A DNA stretch of 32,000 nucleotides from Pasteurella multocida (lineage in GTDB: Bacteria > Pseudomonadota > Gammaproteobacteria > Enterobacterales > Pasteurellaceae), in contig NZ_LT906458.1 in assembly GCF_900187275.1 (NCBI RefSeq), positions 90,001 to 122,000 of the forward strand, written 5' to 3'. A model generated the notes under the pieces. It was not told where the DNA came from, did not search any database, and was given only the letters and a program-made list of their open reading frames with translations. Within the stretch, counting starts at the first letter, position 1, and the number at the start of each line of letters is the position of its first letter. This document shows positions 28,554 to 32,000 of this stretch, in pieces. A program made the position numbers and the translations under genes.

Positions 28554-28745
28554 ATGGAGCAGACAAAAAAGAAAGGTTTATTACGTCGCGTGTGGGACGG
28601 TTACAGCAAATTCTGTCAGGACATTGGTGTTGAAAAGGGGGGCGGTCGCGGTTGTTGTTGTGTTCCCGTCGTCAAGTTTGATGAAACATGGAGTGAAGAA
28701 GAAAAAGCCGCAATGAAAAAGGCGCAAGAACAACAAAAATCGTAA
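28554..28745 (+). CDS. Hypothetical 63-aa basic/acidic protein with a GCCCVP cysteine triplet
   Basis: A strong AAGGAG RBS lies 6 nt upstream of the ATG, and an intrinsic terminator follows the stop directly. Coding potential is judged only from these signals. Confidence 0.5.
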   Translation: MEQTKKKGLLRRVWDGYSKFCQDIGVEKGGGRGCCCVPVVKFDETWSEEEKAAMKKAQEQQKS

Positions 28746-28747
28746 AA

Positions 28748-28780
28748 AAACATGCCAAGTCAGTACTTGGCATGTTTGTT
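28748..28780 (+). terminator. Rho-independent terminator after the small ORF / tmcA unit
   Basis: The stem is CATGCCAAGT (28751-28760) / ACTTGGCATG (28765-28774) with loop CAGT and tail TTTGTT. Confidence 0.6.
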
Positions 28781-28864
28781 ATATAAGCAAACAAAATGAA
28801 ACAGCAGAACTTTTTCATTTTTTTTGTTTCTAACAGAAGTCGATTTTTTTAGGAGTTTTGTTGT

Positions 28865-30496
28865 ATGAAAAAATTACGATTTCGTTGGTCCTTATCGTCC
28901 AGCAAATTACTTGCCCTCACCGCTTTCTACTTTAGTGTCATCTTAAATTACCCTTTCTATGCCAAAGTACTGAGTATCCACCCTTTAACCCACACCTCTG
29001 CCGATTATTTTATTTACACCATGCCACTGGTGATTTTCGTGATTCTCAATGCGGCTTTTCAAATCATTGCCATACCTGTCATACATAAGATCATCATGCC
29101 TTGTTTGATCGTAATCAGTGCAGCCATTTCTTATAACACGTTATTTTTTGATATTTATTTTAATCGTGAGATGTTGCAAAACGTAGTGCAAAGTAATCTG
29201 GCAGAAGGTTCACGCTTGATCACATGGACTTATCTAGAATGGCTGTTGGCGTTTGGTTTTGTGCCGGCACTGTTATATTGTCTCACTCGTGTTAACTATC
29301 ATCATGTCGTGAAAGAAGTGCTTGTTCGCTTGAGCATGATCTTACTTTCAGTTTTGTTATTTGTTGGTGTGGCAGCGTTTTTCTACCAAGATTATTCCGC
29401 CTTTTTCCGCAATAACAAAAGCCTGACGCATTTATTAGTACCTTCTAATTTCATTGGCGCGACGATTAATGTGATACAGGATTTACGAGCAGCGAATTTA
29501 CCTTATGTGCAACTTGATTTGAAAGCAAGCCAAGCGAAAACGGATCAAGATCGTCATGTCACAGTTTTAATCATTGGCGAAACGACACGTGCGAAAAATT
29601 GGGGGCTTAACCATTATGAGCGACAAACCACCCCGTTATTAGCAAAGCGGGGTGAGGACGTGATTAACTTTCAGCATATGACGAGCTGTGGAACTTCAAC
29701 TGCAGTTTCTGTCCCCTGTATGTTTTCTAGCTTAGATCGTAAACACTTCAGCAATGTACAGGCGGATCACCAAGATAATTTACTGGATATTTTGCAACGA
29801 GCGGGGATTGCTATTAAATGGTTGAATAATAATTCCGATTGTAAAGGCGTCTGTAAACACATTCCTTATCAGAATGTGACAACATTGAATTTAGCGGAAT
29901 ACTGTCGAAATGGAGAATGTTTAGATAATATTTTACTGACGCAAGTGGATCAGCTCCTTGACAGTACAGACAAGGATACAGTGCTTGTTTTGCATACTAT
30001 TGGTAATCATGGACCTACCTATTATGAACGTTATACGCCCGAATATCGCCAATTTGTGCCAACCTGTGATACTAACCAAATCAATCGCTGTTCAAAACAA
30101 CAACTGGTGAATACTTATGACAATGGGATTTTGTATGTAGACCAATTTATTGATCAAGTGATCAGCAAGCTAGAGCAGCGCCAACACTTACAGAGTGCTG
30201 TGATTTACGTGTCTGATCATGGCGAATCCTTAGGGGAAAAAGGTGTTTATTTACATGCCGCGCCCTATGTGATTGCCCCAACAGAGCAGACACATATTCC
30301 GATGATCATGTGGTTTTCACCACGTTGGAAAGCCTCACAACAAGTGGATTTAACTTGTTTACGCCAAAAAGCGAAAGAAGAAGCCTATTCGCATGATCAC
30401 TTTTTTAGTACCGTGTTTGGTTTGATGCAGATGTCGGAGGAGAGTGAAACTTACCAACAAGACATGGATATTTTACGTCGTTGTCGCACACGCTAG
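28865..30496 (+). CDS. eptA: Phosphoethanolamine transferase, EptA/MCR family (probable lipid A or LPS-core PEtn transferase)
   Basis: Five N-terminal transmembrane helices are followed by a periplasmic sulfatase-fold domain. IIGETTRAKNW carries the Thr nucleophile equivalent to GETAR of MCR-1. HTIGNHGPTYYERY and VSDHGESLGEKGVYLH are also present. Confidence 0.85.
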   Translation: MKKLRFRWSLSSSKLLALTAFYFSVILNYPFYAKVLSIHPLTHTSADYFIYTMPLVIFVILNAAFQIIAIPVIHKIIMPCLIVISAAISYNTLFFDIYFNREMLQNVVQSNLAEGSRLITWTYLEWLLAFGFVPALLYCLTRVNYHHVVKEVLVRLSMILLSVLLFVGVAAFFYQDYSAFFRNNKSLTHLLVPSNFIGATINVIQDLRAANLPYVQLDLKASQAKTDQDRHVTVLIIGETTRAKNWGLNHYERQTTPLLAKRGEDVINFQHMTSCGTSTAVSVPCMFSSLDRKHFSNVQADHQDNLLDILQRAGIAIKWLNNNSDCKGVCKHIPYQNVTTLNLAEYCRNGECLDNILLTQVDQLLDSTDKDTVLVLHTIGNHGPTYYERYTPEYRQFVPTCDTNQINRCSKQQLVNTYDNGILYVDQFIDQVISKLEQRQHLQSAVIYVSDHGESLGEKGVYLHAAPYVIAPTEQTHIPMIMWFSPRWKASQQVDLTCLRQKAKEEAYSHDHFFSTVFGLMQMSEESETYQQDMDILRRCRTR

Positions 30497-30511
30497 TATA
30501 GGACATTGAAT

Positions 30512-30538
30512 AAAAGCCAAGCAAAGCTTGGCTTTTTT
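30512..30538 (+). terminator. Rho-independent terminator of the PEtn transferase gene
   Basis: AGCCAAGC-aaa-GCTTGGCT is followed by T6, 16 nt after the stop. Confidence 0.7.
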
Positions 30539-30638
30539 ACTGGCTTTTTATACAGACTTTCATTGGAAATGCCGTCGATTTAGGCTAAACTATCGCTCAT
30601 CTTTTTTGACTTATTTTATCTAACTACACACCGCTGTT

Positions 30639-32000
30639 ATGACAACCACATATTTCGATTTCACGATTCCTACACAAGCTAATGATCATAAAATTCTGGG
30701 TAATGTTCTGATGGGCGCAGATTGCCTTGCGATAAGCCAAATTGCGCAGCAATATTCAGGTCTGACCGTAGTTGTCACAGCGGATACGCGAAGTGCGGTA
30801 CGTTTAGAGAAAGTATTGGCACAATTTAGTTCATTACCCGTGACTTTTTTTCCAGATTGGGAAACATTACCTTACGATGCATTTTCGCCACACCAAGATA
30901 TTATTTCTTCTCGTTTAAGTGTGCTATCTCAATTACAGCATTGTCAAAAAGGGATTGTCATTTTACCCATTAGCACTTTAATGCAGCATTTATGCCCGCC
31001 GACATTTTTACATCATAATCTGCTGTTAGTGAAAAAGGGTGATGGCTTACAGATTAATAAACTGCGTTTGCAGTTAGAAAGTGCGGGTTATCGTGCGGTA
31101 GAACAAGTGTTAGAGCATGGGGAATATGCGGTGCGTGGGGCATTATTAGATTTATTCCCAATGGGGAGTGCGGTGCCTTTCCGTTTAGATTTTTTTGATG
31201 ATGAAATTGACTCGATCCGCACTTTTGATGTGGATACACAACGTACCCTCGAAGAAATTCAAGCCATTAATTTATTGCCCGCGCATGAATTTCCAACTGA
31301 TGAGAAAGGCATTGAATTTTTCCGTACGCAATTTCGTGAAACTTTTGGTGAAATTCGTCGTGATCCGGAACATATCTACCAGCAAGTGAGTAAAGGTACT
31401 TTAATTTCAGGTATTGAATATTGGCAGCCTTTATTTTTTGAACAGATGGCAAGTCTATTTGATTACTTACCAAAGAATACTTTGTGGTTAGATGTAGGCG
31501 ATATCCAAGAGCAGGGAACGCGTTTTTATCAAGATGCTGAGCAACGCTATGAAAGTCGAAAAGTAGATCCTATGCGCCCGCTTTTACCGCCTGATCGTTT
31601 ATGGTTACGTCTCGAAGAGATTAATCGGATATTAAAGCAATATCCAAGAATCAGTTTCAAACTGGATAAAGTTCGTTCATCGGCACGTCAAAAGAACCTT
31701 GCCGTACAACCTTTACCTGCACTCGCTATTCAATCGCAACACAAAGAACCATTACAGCAATTACGTCAATTTAGTGAGCAATTTAAGGGCAAGATTGTGT
31801 TTTCGGTGGAAAGCGAAGGGCGCCGTGAAACCTTATTGGATTTACTCTCGCCACTCAAAATAAAACCACAAAAATTAACCGCACTTTCCAATATCAGTGA
31901 GAAGTTTAATGTCTTAATAAGTGGATTAGAAAACGGCTTTATTATTGATAAGGATCAGCCAGTTGCGGTGATGACGGAAACCGAGTTGCTTGGTGAGCGA
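30639..32000 (+). CDS. mfd: Transcription-repair coupling factor Mfd (N-terminal 454 codons; continues beyond the window)
   Basis: This gene is not in the supplied ORF track because it has no stop in the window. My own translation from ATG 30639 is colinear with E. coli Mfd (DWETLPYDAFSPHQDIISSRL, EHGEYAVRGALLDLFPMGS, FRLDFFDDEIDSIRTFDVDTQRT, DPEHIYQQVSKGT, VDPMRPLLPP, SVESEGRRE, ELLGER). Confidence 0.93.
   Translation, partial: MTTTYFDFTIPTQANDHKILGNVLMGADCLAISQIAQQYSGLTVVVTADTRSAVRLEKVLAQFSSLPVTFFPDWETLPYDAFSPHQDIISSRLSVLSQLQHCQKGIVILPISTLMQHLCPPTFLHHNLLLVKKGDGLQINKLRLQLESAGYRAVEQVLEHGEYAVRGALLDLFPMGSAVPFRLDFFDDEIDSIRTFDVDTQRTLEEIQAINLLPAHEFPTDEKGIEFFRTQFRETFGEIRRDPEHIYQQVSKGTLISGIEYWQPLFFEQMASLFDYLPKNTLWLDVGDIQEQGTRFYQDAEQRYESRKVDPMRPLLPPDRLWLRLEEINRILKQYPRISFKLDKVRSSARQKNLAVQPLPALAIQSQHKEPLQQLRQFSEQFKGKIVFSVESEGRRETLLDLLSPLKIKPQKLTALSNISEKFNVLISGLENGFIIDKDQPVAVMTETELLGER

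Noticed and set aside
28534-28716. A 60-aa ORF in an alternative frame overlapping the 63-aa ORF.
   Set aside because: It has a non-ATG start, no RBS and a low-complexity product (VAVVVVF, KKKK). The 28554 frame has a consensus RBS and ends at the terminator.

Overview
This window looks like core chromosome of a Pasteurellaceae genome. GC is roughly 40% by eye, and I counted at least 15 perfect Hin-type uptake-signal cores (AAGTGCGGT/ACCGCACTT). It also carries the e(P4) lipoprotein gene and a fused gshF. A Pasteurella multocida-like organism is my best guess, but I cannot verify that here.

Gene order: mutH (5'-truncated), ygdQ-like TerC protein, an intact IS200-type insertion (tnpA), polA(-), hel/e(P4), mtlR-mtlD-mtlA(-), yceK-like lipoprotein, rep, tRNA-Ser(GCU) and 2x tRNA-Arg(ACG), a stand-alone PRD-like ORF(-), yqaB-maa-yqaA, luxS, purT, bcp(-), dapA-bamC, a DMT/EamA transporter, gshF, a HAD-IIB phosphatase(-), ybeZ(phoH-like)-ybeY, an orphan repeat-containing lipoprotein, tmcA, a 63-aa Cys-rich ORF, an eptA-family phosphoethanolamine transferase, and mfd (3'-truncated; it is absent from the supplied ORF track because it has no stop in the window).

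I see no CRISPR array, prophage, defence island or toxin-antitoxin pair, and no convincing novel multi-gene system.

The best lead is an orphan minus-strand intrinsic terminator preceded by a sigma-E-type promoter (GAACTT-N16-TCTTA) in the yqaA-luxS spacer. In E. coli the sigma-E-dependent sRNA MicA sits at this position and in this orientation. The predicted ~76-nt sRNA has no obvious sequence similarity to MicA.

Secondary observations:
- three perfect, helically phased CRP palindromes in the mtl control region
- an apparently active IS200 copy with foreign codon usage and an RBS-sequestering stem
- loss of gshA from its ancestral slot, with gshF present 5 kb away
- a stand-alone PRD-like protein
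- a lipoprotein with 4x 33-bp repeats
- a small CCC-motif protein
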